NCBI GenBank assembly: GCA_039028615.1
Contig: JBCCHT010000013.1
Coordinates: 32,001-96,000, forward strand
Direction of reading: 5' to 3'
Source of the DNA: Myxococcota bacterium
GTDB taxonomy: Bacteria; Myxococcota_A; Polyangia; Nannocystales; Nannocystaceae
Length of the DNA stretch: 64,000 nt
Shown piece by piece: positions 19,190 through 30,498 of the stretch (positions within the stretch are counted from its first letter, which is position 1; the number at the start of each line of letters is the position of its first letter). A program made the position numbers and the translations under genes. Below the pieces are notes generated by a model, which saw only the letters and a list, made by a program, of their open reading frames with translations, was not told the DNA's origin and searched no databases.

Positions 19190-20091
19190 GCGTCGTCGCC
19201 CCGCGCGATGAGCTGGCCTCGGCGCTGGGCCGCGTCGCGGAGGGCCGAGGCCACATCCCCGCGAAAACCTCCGCCGACGCTGTCGTGCATGCCCAGCAGC
19301 GTCCGGCCCGGCCATCGCAGCACGGCTCGCCAGCTGCGGTCGATGGCCTCCGGGTCGATCATCTTCCGATGCACCGCGACTCGCCCGAGCTTCACGGTGC
19401 GGCGGACGACGAAGGGCAGGGCGGCGTGGGCCTGCGGCGTGAACGAGGGGGCGAGGTTTTCTCCTCCGATCACGGTGTCCGTGGCCCGGTGGTAGAGCCA
19501 TAGCTCGTCGTAGGGATCGGTGCTCGACAGCAGCCGCCGGGCGGCGACGATGGTGGCCCACAGCGAGTCGGCACCGCCCGCGAGCGGCGAAGCGAACTCG
19601 GGCGGCCCGAGGAACTCGGTGAACGTGACCGCTTCGAGTTGCGCGGCGTAGTGGGGCAGGGGATCGCCCGGATCCATGGTGTCGACCCGCGGCCGGGCCA
19701 GCAGCTCTCGCCCTTGGGTGGTGTGCGGGACGCGTCGCGCCCCGACGCGGAGCTGCGCCTGCGGAAACTCGTCGTGCCAGGCGCCCATATAGGCGTGGTG
19801 CCCTCCGCTGGTCGACACGACCTCGCGGACGTCGAGCCCGGTCTCGGCGCACACGCGACGCACCGCGGGAAACGCCTGCACGGGGTCGGTGGCGTTGAAC
19901 ACGACGAGCCCCGGGCGCCCCGTGCCCGCATCGGTGAGCCGCAGGATGAACGAGCGATTGTTGGCCTCGGGGAACCGGGACAGCCCCGCGCCGTGGTGCC
20001 GCGTGGCGAGCAGCCAAAAGCCCTCGGCGACCGGGACGGCCTGTCCGTAGGCCTCGCGCTGCAGCGCCAGCCCGTCATCACTCGGAGGCAT
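19186..20091 (-). CDS. Hypothetical protein, possible metallo-beta-lactamase-like fold (DUF4336-like)
   Basis: SGGHHAYMGAWHDEFPQA, ELWLYHRATDTVI, GMHD; codon usage fits a real gene. Confidence 0.55.
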   Translation of the reverse strand: MPPSDDGLALQREAYGQAVPVAEGFWLLATRHHGAGLSRFPEANNRSFILRLTDAGTGRPGLVVFNATDPVQAFPAVRRVCAETGLDVREVVSTSGGHHAYMGAWHDEFPQAQLRVGARRVPHTTQGRELLARPRVDTMDPGDPLPHYAAQLEAVTFTEFLGPPEFASPLAGGADSLWATIVAARRLLSSTDPYDELWLYHRATDTVIGGENLAPSFTPQAHAALPFVVRRTVKLGRVAVHRKMIDPEAIDRSWRAVLRWPGRTLLGMHDSVGGGFRGDVASALRDAAQRRGQLIARGDDA

Positions 20092-20180
20092 GTCCTCGGT
20101 GTATCGCGTCGTGGCGCCGATCTGACCGCGGCAGGCCGGGTTGCTTCACCCGTGTCGGCCGACGTATAGCCCGAGCGACG

Positions 20181-20888
20181 ATGCCGACCCCGCTGGACAT
20201 CCTCTTCCGGGATGAGCACCTCGTGGCGGTGCGCAAGCCCTCCGGGATGGCCGTGCATCGCAGCGACCAGGTCCAGGACCATCGCCCGGCGCTGCAGACC
20301 CTGCGCAATCAGCTGCGGCAGTGGGTCTACCCCGTGCATCGTCTCGACCGCGGCACCTCGGGCGTCCTGCTCTTTGCCCTCGATCCCGACACGGCCGCCG
20401 CCGTCGGTCGTCAGCTCACCGAGCGCCAGGTGGACAAACGCTATCTCGCGGTGGTCCGGGGCTATGCGCCCGAGGACCTCGAGATCGACTACGCCCTCCG
20501 GGAAGACAAGCAGCAGACGGCCAAGCCCGCGCAGTCGACCCTACGGCGTCTCGGTACCGTGGAGTTGCCGATCCCCGTCGGTCGCTATCCCCAGGCGCGC
20601 TACTCCTTGGTCGAGCTACAGCCCCACACCGGTCGGTCTCGCCAGCTCCGCAAGCACATGGCGCACATTCGTCATCCGATCGCGGGCGACGTCAGCCATG
20701 GTGAGGGGCGGCACAATCGGCTCTTCCGCGAGCACTTCGGCGTGCATCGCCTGCTGCTGCACGCCCATCGTCTCGAACTGACCCACCCGCATGGTGGCGA
20801 GCCGCTTCACATCGAAGCTCCGGTGGGCGACGAACTCCGCCGACTCTTCGACGCTCTCGGCTGGAACAACCTGCCCGCCGCTCGATGA
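20181..20888 (+). CDS. truC: tRNA pseudouridine(65) synthase TruC-like (RluA family)
   Basis: KPSGMAVH, VHRLDRGTSG, GRYPQARYSLVELQPHTGR, HPIAGD..HG. Confidence 0.85.
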   Translation: MPTPLDILFRDEHLVAVRKPSGMAVHRSDQVQDHRPALQTLRNQLRQWVYPVHRLDRGTSGVLLFALDPDTAAAVGRQLTERQVDKRYLAVVRGYAPEDLEIDYALREDKQQTAKPAQSTLRRLGTVELPIPVGRYPQARYSLVELQPHTGRSRQLRKHMAHIRHPIAGDVSHGEGRHNRLFREHFGVHRLLLHAHRLELTHPHGGEPLHIEAPVGDELRRLFDALGWNNLPAAR

Positions 20889-21020
20889 CGAAACTCGGCT
20901 CTTCCGTACCCCGGGTCGAGTCGGCGACAAAGTCCGAAATCCGGCCTCCATTCGGGCTTGCGTTCGTCGTCGTGTCAGCCATCCTGCGCGACGTTCGTAT
21001 AGGCGGACGCGACGACCTTC

Positions 21021-22166
21021 ATGCCCGACTCCTCCTTCTCCCTCGACGAAACCGCGATTCGGCGAACCGCGCTGGCGTTGTTCACTGACCCGCAAATGGA
21101 CGTGCGAGCCAACCTCGCGCTGTCCCCCGTGTCCCTGTGGCTCATGTTGGTGGTGCTGCAGGCGGCGGCCCGCGGGGAGACGGCACGGGCGCTCGCGGAA
21201 CTCACCGGGGTGACGGGAGCGGTGGGCCCCATCATCGACGCGCCTTTCGCTGCACTCGGCTCGGCCGGGCCCGCGGATGCAGCGAAGCGGGTGACGGCGT
21301 CGGCCCTGCACGCGGGCATCCTGCTCGCCATCGACGAGGGCTACCCGCTCCACGAGTCGTTCATGCGCGAGGTGAGGGGCCCGCTCACCGAGGTCATGCG
21401 CTTGCCCTTCGCAGACGCGGAGCCCAGTGCCGCGGCGATCAACGCTTGGATCTCCAGATCCACCCACGGCCTCATCGCGGAGCCGGTCCTCCCTTCGGCT
21501 CTGGCCGCACCCGTGCGGATGTTGCCGACCACGGCGGTGGGTTTCGACGCGCGCTGGCGCGACCCCATGAACCCGGCGGGTCGACGGCGCTTCGATGGCT
21601 TCGACCGGCGACTCGAAGTCCCGATGTCGACGCTGACCAAGCGGCTGCCCTACGCACAAAACGACGACGTCCAAGCCGTTGCGTTGCCCTACGCCGACAC
21701 TCCGTTCGAGGCCATCGTCCTCCGTCCCCGGCGGTCCGGTCCCGAGGCGTTTGCCCGCGCCCGGGCGACCCCCACCGACGACCTTCTCGCTCAGTTGGAA
21801 GAGCACCGCGTCGAGGTGCACCTGCCTTCGTTCGCGCTCGAGTGCGACGTCACCCTCGGCGAATCCCTCGCGCGTCTCGCCCCGGCGCCGATCTTCGGGC
21901 TCGACACCGACTACGGTGGGGCCAGCGCCGAACCGGGCCTCACCGTCGAGGCCCTACGCCAGCTCGTACGCATCGAGGTCGACGCCCTGGGGACCAAGGC
22001 CGCGGCCGTCACCACCGCGAAGGTCTTCGGTCATATCCCCGTGAAGCACAAGGAGCCCGAGACGATCCGATTGCACTTCGATCGCCCCTTCCTCCTGTTC
22101 ATCTGGGACCCGCAGAGCCAGGTGGTGCTCTTCATGGCCCAAATCGTCGAACCCCAGGCGAGCTGA
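21021..22166 (+). CDS. Serpin family protein
   Basis: NLALSPVS, AINAWISRSTHGLI, hinge EVDALGTKAAAVT, FDRPFLLFI. Confidence 0.85.
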   Translation: MPDSSFSLDETAIRRTALALFTDPQMDVRANLALSPVSLWLMLVVLQAAARGETARALAELTGVTGAVGPIIDAPFAALGSAGPADAAKRVTASALHAGILLAIDEGYPLHESFMREVRGPLTEVMRLPFADAEPSAAAINAWISRSTHGLIAEPVLPSALAAPVRMLPTTAVGFDARWRDPMNPAGRRRFDGFDRRLEVPMSTLTKRLPYAQNDDVQAVALPYADTPFEAIVLRPRRSGPEAFARARATPTDDLLAQLEEHRVEVHLPSFALECDVTLGESLARLAPAPIFGLDTDYGGASAEPGLTVEALRQLVRIEVDALGTKAAAVTTAKVFGHIPVKHKEPETIRLHFDRPFLLFIWDPQSQVVLFMAQIVEPQAS

Positions 22167-22181
22167 GGCGACGCGGTGCGG

Positions 22182-23909
22182 CTAGTTGGGCGCGTCGCCG
22201 TGCCGCATCCGCAGCCACATGCCGACTTGCTGCACGGTGAGCAGCCCGGTGGTCCGCGTCAGGTCGACGCTGCCGTCGAGGTCGCGTTCGAGGCCGTTGA
22301 GCTCCATGTGCAGGCGCATCAGGACGTTGTCGGCCAGCGCTTGCTGATGCTCGCCGATGCCCAGCGCGGCGCAGCGCTCGGCGAACTCGCGACCGATGGC
22401 GCCCACGAGCTGGCGGGCATCGAGCAGGTTGTCGGCGGCCCAGGCGAGGTCGTCGGCGGTGAGCGGTGCCATGGTGGGGCCGGCCCCGGGCAGTCGCGCG
22501 TGCACCAGTGCGGTGCGCAGCAGGTCGCCCATGCACAGCCGCTCGGGCTCGTCGATGCGATCGAGCCACACGGGGTCGATGCCGAAACCATCGGGGTCGA
22601 AGCACAGCTGAGCCAGGGCCCCGGCCTCGGCGACCTTGATGGTGGCTCGGGCCACGTCGGGCAGCCCGGTCAGGGGGCGGGTGCCCTTGCCCTTTTCGAG
22701 GGGAAGCTCGGGGAAGAGCTGGCACAGAGTGGCGATGGTGGGACCCCAGGGGCGATCGAGCAGGGAGCCGGGGCTGCCCAACGAGACGCGGCCGCTCTTG
22801 TGCAGGGCCATGGCGGCCGACCGCACCTTGTCGAGCCCGCCGTAGCCGACGCGGAACACCGAGCGCAGGCCGATGGCCGCGACGCGCTCGGCGAGGAAGA
22901 CCTCGGTCTCCGTGTCCTTGGGTGCCTCGCGACCGAGCAGCTCCAGACCCAGCGAGATGGTGGCCTGGGTCTGATCGATCGCCCGCTCTTGCAGCTTCTC
23001 GTCCCCGGCGTCGAAGCGCTGGGCGGACATCATCTCGGCGACCAGCAGCAAGAACTCGCGCGTGCGCAGCCCGTGCTCGGCCGGCTCGAGCCGCATCATG
23101 ACCCGGCGCAGCAGCTCGGGCCCGCGCCAGCGCATGGCGGGCTCGAGCCCTTCGACGTCGCTGAGGTGGCGGAAGTCCATGGCTTCCTGCGTGGCGGCGA
23201 CCCGATGGTCGAGCGGACGCAGCAGCAGCATGGCTTGCTCCCACTCCACGAACCCGAGCTCGGCGAGCCGACCGTTGCGGAAGCGCAGCAGGTCTTCCTC
23301 GGCTTCGGCGGTCATCAGGGCCTGGATGGAAAGGCATAGCTTGCGGCCTTCGCCCAGGTCGTCCTCGAATACGCGCGAGATGGTCTGTAGGGTGCTGCGG
23401 CCGAGCTCGTCGTCGGGCACGCCCACGATGAAGTAGCCGTCGGGCGTCTCCCAGGTGTGCAGCGAGCCCATCGAGGCGAAGATCTGGTCGCGGGAATCGT
23501 CTTGGTCGGGGGCGATGTCTGCGACCATCGTGCCCGCGGCCAGGGCCACCGTCCAAAACTCGGGGTCCATCTCGTACATGAGGTCCGCCAGCGCGCCGCG
23601 GGGGCGATCGCCGGTCCCGAACTCGGCAATGGCATGCAGCCAGACCCGAGCGCGGCGAATGTCGATGCGGTCGCGGACCCAGCCGTCGAGATCCATCAAG
23701 CTGGTGAGCTGCTCGGGCGTGGCGTGGGGCAGCAGGATGTCGAGGCGCTTTTCGTCCCGCAGGCGTCGGGCGATCCGCACGAAGGTCGCAGGGGCCAACG
23801 CGGGGATGAGCACGGGGGCGTCCTCCCGCGCTTCGAGGACCAGCGGATCGTCGTCGAGGGCCCGCAGGTCGTCGGCGTCGAGGAGGGTGGGGGAATGCGG
23901 GCCGGCCAC
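22182..23909 (-). CDS. DUF6178-like conserved protein
   Basis: ATPEQLTSLMDLDGW, EEDLLRFRNGRLAELGF, SVFRVGY resemble this deltaproteobacterial family. Confidence 0.65.
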   Translation of the reverse strand: MAGPHSPTLLDADDLRALDDDPLVLEAREDAPVLIPALAPATFVRIARRLRDEKRLDILLPHATPEQLTSLMDLDGWVRDRIDIRRARVWLHAIAEFGTGDRPRGALADLMYEMDPEFWTVALAAGTMVADIAPDQDDSRDQIFASMGSLHTWETPDGYFIVGVPDDELGRSTLQTISRVFEDDLGEGRKLCLSIQALMTAEAEEDLLRFRNGRLAELGFVEWEQAMLLLRPLDHRVAATQEAMDFRHLSDVEGLEPAMRWRGPELLRRVMMRLEPAEHGLRTREFLLLVAEMMSAQRFDAGDEKLQERAIDQTQATISLGLELLGREAPKDTETEVFLAERVAAIGLRSVFRVGYGGLDKVRSAAMALHKSGRVSLGSPGSLLDRPWGPTIATLCQLFPELPLEKGKGTRPLTGLPDVARATIKVAEAGALAQLCFDPDGFGIDPVWLDRIDEPERLCMGDLLRTALVHARLPGAGPTMAPLTADDLAWAADNLLDARQLVGAIGREFAERCAALGIGEHQQALADNVLMRLHMELNGLERDLDGSVDLTRTTGLLTVQQVGMWLRMRHGDAPN

Positions 23910-23942
23910 GAGGCGTGAGGTACTATCTCAAGGGGGCTCGAC

Positions 23943-25094
23943 GTGCCACCTCGACACCCGAGCATCGCCCACGCGCTGGGTTTCGTACGACGCCGACTCG
24001 GCGCGCTGGGCCCGTGGGAGTCCGCGTCGCCATGGCGGCGGCGGGTGCACGTGGCGTGCTCGGGCGGCCCCGACTCGGTGACGTTGGTGGGTCTGCTGCA
24101 CCTGCTGGCCGAACGCGAGGGGCTCGTGCTGTCGGTGGGGCACGTGGACCACGGGCTGCGCCCCGAGTCCGCGGACGAAGGACGGCTGGTGCAGGCGCTG
24201 GCCGAGTCGTGCGGGCTGCCCTTCGCCTCCACCCGCCTTCAGCTCACGACCGGGTCGGGGTTGGCCGCGCGCGCCCGCGAGGCCCGACGCGAGGCGCTCG
24301 CCGAGCAGGCCCGAACGCACGGGGCTTCGGTTGTCGCGCTGGGGCACACCGCCACCGATCAAGCGGAGACCATGCTGCTGCACCTCAGCCGCGGGGCGGG
24401 GCTCGAGGGCTTGGCGGCGATGGCCGAGCTGGATTCCGCGGACCCCACCGATCCGGCGACGATGGCACGCTGGCGGCCGCTGCTCGATCTCGACCGCGTC
24501 CAGACCCGCGAGCTCGCCACCCGCATGGAGCTGACCTTCGTGGACGATCCGACGAACGTCGATCCTCGGCATCCCCGGGTGAAGGTTCGGCACGAGGTCT
24601 TGCCCGTGCTGCGTGCGCTCAACCCCAAGGTGGAAGGGGCGTTGGCTCGGGCGGCCGCGCATGCCCGTCAGGCCGACGATGCGCTCGCCCAGTGGGTGGA
24701 GACGGAGTGGACGCAGCGGCGATCCGAGGCGGATCGGACCCCGGGAATCGACGGATCCGGCGCCGAGCCATCCATGGGCCAAGCTCACGCCGGGCCCCCC
24801 CCTGGCCCGAAGGCGTCCGTAACCTCGGGGGCCTGGTGGTCGACCGAAGGAATGGAGGGGCTACCCGTTGCAGTACGAACACGGTTCGTTCGGCGGGTCT
24901 GTCGAGCCGCGGGGGCGCCGGACGATGCGCTGGCCGCCCGTACCCTCGCGTCGATCGACGACGCGCTCGCTTCCCCGGGTCCTGCCCGGTCGTGGGATCT
25001 TCATCCTCACCTTCGCTTGTGCATTGCTTCGGGGCGCCTGTGGATCGAGCCCTCCACGGACTGCGCACCCCGCGGTCAACCATTGACCCTCTAG
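23943..25094 (+). CDS. tilS: tRNA(Ile)-lysidine synthetase
   Basis: ACSGGPDS, VDHGLR, GHTATDQAET, RPLL, DDPTN; upstream of ftsH. Confidence 0.92.
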   Translation: MPPRHPSIAHALGFVRRRLGALGPWESASPWRRRVHVACSGGPDSVTLVGLLHLLAEREGLVLSVGHVDHGLRPESADEGRLVQALAESCGLPFASTRLQLTTGSGLAARAREARREALAEQARTHGASVVALGHTATDQAETMLLHLSRGAGLEGLAAMAELDSADPTDPATMARWRPLLDLDRVQTRELATRMELTFVDDPTNVDPRHPRVKVRHEVLPVLRALNPKVEGALARAAAHARQADDALAQWVETEWTQRRSEADRTPGIDGSGAEPSMGQAHAGPPPGPKASVTSGAWWSTEGMEGLPVAVRTRFVRRVCRAAGAPDDALAARTLASIDDALASPGPARSWDLHPHLRLCIASGRLWIEPSTDCAPRGQPLTL

Positions 25095-25132
25095 AGACCC
25101 AGGGCTATGCTCCCCGCTGCCGGTAAACGCGC

Positions 25133-27064
<1,932 letters not shown>

Positions 27065-27082
27065 GCGTTACCCGTCGCCAAC

Positions 27083-27125
27083 GAAAAACCGCCGCTCCCG
27101 GACTCCGGGGCGGCGGTTTCTTCTT
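27083..27125. terminator. Intrinsic terminator between convergent ftsH and TlpA-family genes
   Basis: AAACCGCCGC...GCGGCGGTTT stem with A run before and T-rich tail after. Confidence 0.8.
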
Positions 27126-27140
27126 GGTTGCCTCGGGGCG

Positions 27141-27692
27141 TTAGGTCTGAGCCTCGGCCAGCGCCGACTCGATCTGCTTGGTCAGCTCGGGATCGTTGGG
27201 GTGAATCATCCCGTTGCGACGCCACAGGATGTTGCCCTTGCGTCCGATGAGGATGGAGGTCGGGTACCCCGTGATCTTCCAGTCCGACAGCGCCAAGCCC
27301 TCGGGGTCGAAGAGCATGGGGTAGTGCAGCCCGTGCTGACGCACGCGGACGTGGACTTGCTGCAGCATCTGACGCTTGTCGACGCTGACGCCCAGGACGG
27401 AAAAGCCCTTGGGGTTGAGGTCGTCGTGCAGCCGGGCCAGCTCGGGCAGCTCCTTGTTGCAGGGCTTGCACCACGTGGCCCAGACGTTGATCAGCACGAC
27501 CTGCCCGCGAAGATCGGACAGCGCCACGCGCTCGCCGTCGATGGTCTTGCCGGCGAGGGTCGGGGCCGGCTTACCGACGGGGGAGCCGGCGTTGCGGCCG
27601 AAGGGGGACGCGTCGTCACCCGAGCCGCACGCCAGGGGCAGGCTCGAGGTCAGGGCAACGGCGAGGGACAGCGCGAGTTTGGAGTGCTTCAC
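27141..27692 (-). CDS. TlpA/ResA-family thiol-disulfide oxidoreductase lipoprotein
   Basis: Lipobox PLAC, WATWCKPC, GYPTSILI; GTG start 27692 chosen. Confidence 0.88.
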   Translation of the reverse strand: MKHSKLALSLAVALTSSLPLACGSGDDASPFGRNAGSPVGKPAPTLAGKTIDGERVALSDLRGQVVLINVWATWCKPCNKELPELARLHDDLNPKGFSVLGVSVDKRQMLQQVHVRVRQHGLHYPMLFDPEGLALSDWKITGYPTSILIGRKGNILWRRNGMIHPNDPELTKQIESALAEAQT

Positions 27693-27818
27693 GGCAAGCC
27701 AGCGGGAACGAACGATCCCGCGCGTGCGGCAGGCCGTCAAGCGCGAGGGGCCACGCGAAAAGACCTCGCGCGCCGTGGGCACGCGAGGTCTCCTTCAACG
27801 CGGGGGGAGTGGTTGGCT

Positions 27819-28385
27819 TCAGGCGGCGGCCGCCACCGAAGAGCCGTAGCCCATGGTGTTGGCGTACTCGGTGAGGCTGTTGCGCATGAGGCGACGGGCA
27901 CGATGCAGTCGGCTCATGACGGTGCCGAGCGGGATGTCGAGAGCCTCGGCGGCCTCCTTGTAGGCGAGCCCCTTGAGGTCCACCAGCTCCACCACCTCGC
28001 GGTAGTGCGCGGGTAGGGCGTCGAGGGCCTCGTGGACTTCGTCGGACAGCGAATCGGAATGCCAGGACCCCTCTGGGGCGTTGGCTTCTTGCATGCGGCG
28101 GCGGTCGAACAGGTGCTCCACCAAGTCGCTGCGAGCGGCCGCGGCATTGACCACCCGAGCGTGGCGATGCCGAGAGATGAACGTGTTGACCACGATGCGC
28201 GCCAGGTAGGCGCCGACGCTTCCGCCCTGGTCGAAGCGGTCCCAGTTGGCCCAGGCGCGGCACAGAGCTTCCTGCACCAAGTCCGAGGCCTCGCTCGGCT
28301 GTCGCGTCATCCGCATACCCAGGCGGAACAGGCGGGGCATGTGGGGTTCGACGAGCGCGGTGAAGTCGGGGGCGGCGGCGGTCAT
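27819..28385 (-). CDS. ECF sigma-70 factor
   Basis: DLVQEA..RAW, YKEAAEALDIPLGTVMSRLHRAR. Confidence 0.93.
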   Translation of the reverse strand: MTAAAPDFTALVEPHMPRLFRLGMRMTRQPSEASDLVQEALCRAWANWDRFDQGGSVGAYLARIVVNTFISRHRHARVVNAAAARSDLVEHLFDRRRMQEANAPEGSWHSDSLSDEVHEALDALPAHYREVVELVDLKGLAYKEAAEALDIPLGTVMSRLHRARRLMRNSLTEYANTMGYGSSVAAAA

Positions 28386-28551
28386 GCCCCCCTAAGGAGC
28401 AAGAAGGTGACCGAAGCGGAAAAGTCTTTGATCTCGCGGAGTTGACCCATGACGCCTGTCCAGGTGTCGTGTTTGATTGCAATACGCACCTGTGGTTGCA
28501 CTTTATTGTCGCAAACACTCCAGACGGCGCGGAGACGGCGTCTTTTTGTGT

Positions 28552-30498
28552 CTAGGGGGCGGGATCGCGGGCGGGCAGGGTCTCGATCTCGGGGCTGCCC
28601 TCGCCGCGGGCGAAACCGGGAACCAGCGCCCAGCGCCACGCGCCATGCCCCACCGTGGGTACCCACAGCCGCCATCCATCGAGCTGCACTTCGACTTCGC
28701 TCGGGGGGTCGGCCCAGGGAAAGCTGGGGGCGCGGCGCAAGAACAAGCCGGGGCGGGTGGTCGCGCTCGGGTTCGAGTCTCGATGCTCCCGGGCGAACGC
28801 GGCCGCGGCTCGGACGGCGGGATCCGAGTCCTCCAGCGCGAGCAGGGCCAGGCGAGCCCGGGTGGTGCGGTCGATGTCCTTGGCGTCCACGAACGCCAGC
28901 CCCACGGCGGCGTTCGTGCGGACGGTGCCGCGGGGGTCGACCAGCAGCGCAGCCAGGCGCTCGGTGTCGCCGTGGCGGCCCAAGGCGAGGGCGACACACG
29001 CTCTGATCTGCTCGTGGGGGTCGGTGGCGAGCTCGGCCCACCGCCGGGCATCGCGACGCTCGGGCGTGCGCGCGCCCAAGGCCGCGATGGCGAGGCAGCG
29101 GTCCGCGGTCGCGATGGTGCGATCGCGAGCCCAGCCCTCGAGGCGCGCGCGGGCCTCGGCATCGCGCTCGGTGCTCCAGCCATCGGGGCTGGCGGCCAGG
29201 CTCAGCACCCAGCTGCGGCGGCTGGCGATGACCCCGGGCCGAGCCACTTCCGCGACGGCCATGGGCACCCGCCAGGCGGGGTCGCGCTGCGCCAGGGTCC
29301 AGCCCGCTCGCAGTCGGGCGAGTCGGTCGCCCTCGCGCATGCGCTGGCGCCAGGCGGGTCGATCGTCGTCGCCGGGCCAGGGGGAGGGCAGCAGCGAGGG
29401 CACGGCGGCCGGGTTCAGGGCGGAGACGAGCAGCTGGACCTCGACCTCGATGGGCGGCGCGAGTCCGCGGGCGAGCGCGTCTTCGAGGGCGGCGCGGGCG
29501 TCCTCGCCGAAGAGCAATAGGGCCTGCAGGGCGGCTTCGCGGCGAGGCGGCTCGTCGAGGCGCGCGACCAGTCCTTCGATGAGCTCGGGGCCCGGGTCGG
29601 CACGTCGACCGATGGTGTCCGCGATCTGCATCTCGTTGAGCCCGGGCGGCGGGTTGTCGAGCAGCGTCAGCAGGTCGGTCTCGACGCTGGGATCGGGCTG
29701 CATGGCCAGCGCCTCGAGGAGCTCGGTCGCGACCGAGGCCTCGTTGGGCGTGGCGATGGCCCGGCGCAGGGCCGGGACCGCGGTCGGGTCGCGGCGATGA
29801 CCCAGCGCTTGGGCGGCGGCGGCTCGGACGGTGGGCTCGGGGTCGCTGAGCAGGCGGGCGATGGACAAGGTGCCGTCGCCGGGCCCCAGCAAGCCCAGGC
29901 TGAGCACGGCCCGGCGTCGCACCAGCGCGGAGACGTCGGCGAGCTTGGCCAACAACGCGGTGCGCACCTGCGGGCGAACCTTGGGGCCGAGCGGGGCGGT
30001 GCCCAGGAAGTCGGCCGCCTGGGCGCGGATGACCTCGGCCGGGTCGCGCAGGGCCTCGATGAGGATGGCGGCCTGGGTGGGCCCGAGGTCGAGGGCGAGG
30101 ACCTTGAGCGCGGCGACCCGAACGGTGGCTTGACCTCCGCGTGACCACATCGCGGCCGCGTGGGGGATGCAGGCCGAGATTTCGCGTTCGAAGCACAGGC
30201 GCAGGGCCTCGCGACGCACCTGGGCGGAGCCGTCGTCCAGAGCGTGCAGGACCGAGGGCTCGATGGCCCCGGTGGCGAACTGGTCGAGCTGCTGGATGGC
30301 GGTGACGCGCTGACGCTCGCCGAACACGTGCTCGCCGCGGGCGTCTCGCATGAGCGGGGCGGCCACGCGGTGAATCTCGGTGGGCCAGGTGGGCCAGCGT
30401 GGAGCGGCCGACGCGGTGACGGGTACGCCCAGGCCGATGCACAGCGCCAAGGCCAGGCCGCCGCGCCGACGGCCACGGTGTGTCGATGAGCTGCTCAC
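28552..30498 (-). CDS. Exported HEAT-repeat protein
   Basis: Signal peptide; repeated LxD....VR..AA.ALG. Confidence 0.8.
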   Translation of the reverse strand: MSSSSTHRGRRRGGLALALCIGLGVPVTASAAPRWPTWPTEIHRVAAPLMRDARGEHVFGERQRVTAIQQLDQFATGAIEPSVLHALDDGSAQVRREALRLCFEREISACIPHAAAMWSRGGQATVRVAALKVLALDLGPTQAAILIEALRDPAEVIRAQAADFLGTAPLGPKVRPQVRTALLAKLADVSALVRRRAVLSLGLLGPGDGTLSIARLLSDPEPTVRAAAAQALGHRRDPTAVPALRRAIATPNEASVATELLEALAMQPDPSVETDLLTLLDNPPPGLNEMQIADTIGRRADPGPELIEGLVARLDEPPRREAALQALLLFGEDARAALEDALARGLAPPIEVEVQLLVSALNPAAVPSLLPSPWPGDDDRPAWRQRMREGDRLARLRAGWTLAQRDPAWRVPMAVAEVARPGVIASRRSWVLSLAASPDGWSTERDAEARARLEGWARDRTIATADRCLAIAALGARTPERRDARRWAELATDPHEQIRACVALALGRHGDTERLAALLVDPRGTVRTNAAVGLAFVDAKDIDRTTRARLALLALEDSDPAVRAAAAFAREHRDSNPSATTRPGLFLRRAPSFPWADPPSEVEVQLDGWRLWVPTVGHGAWRWALVPGFARGEGSPEIETLPARDPAP

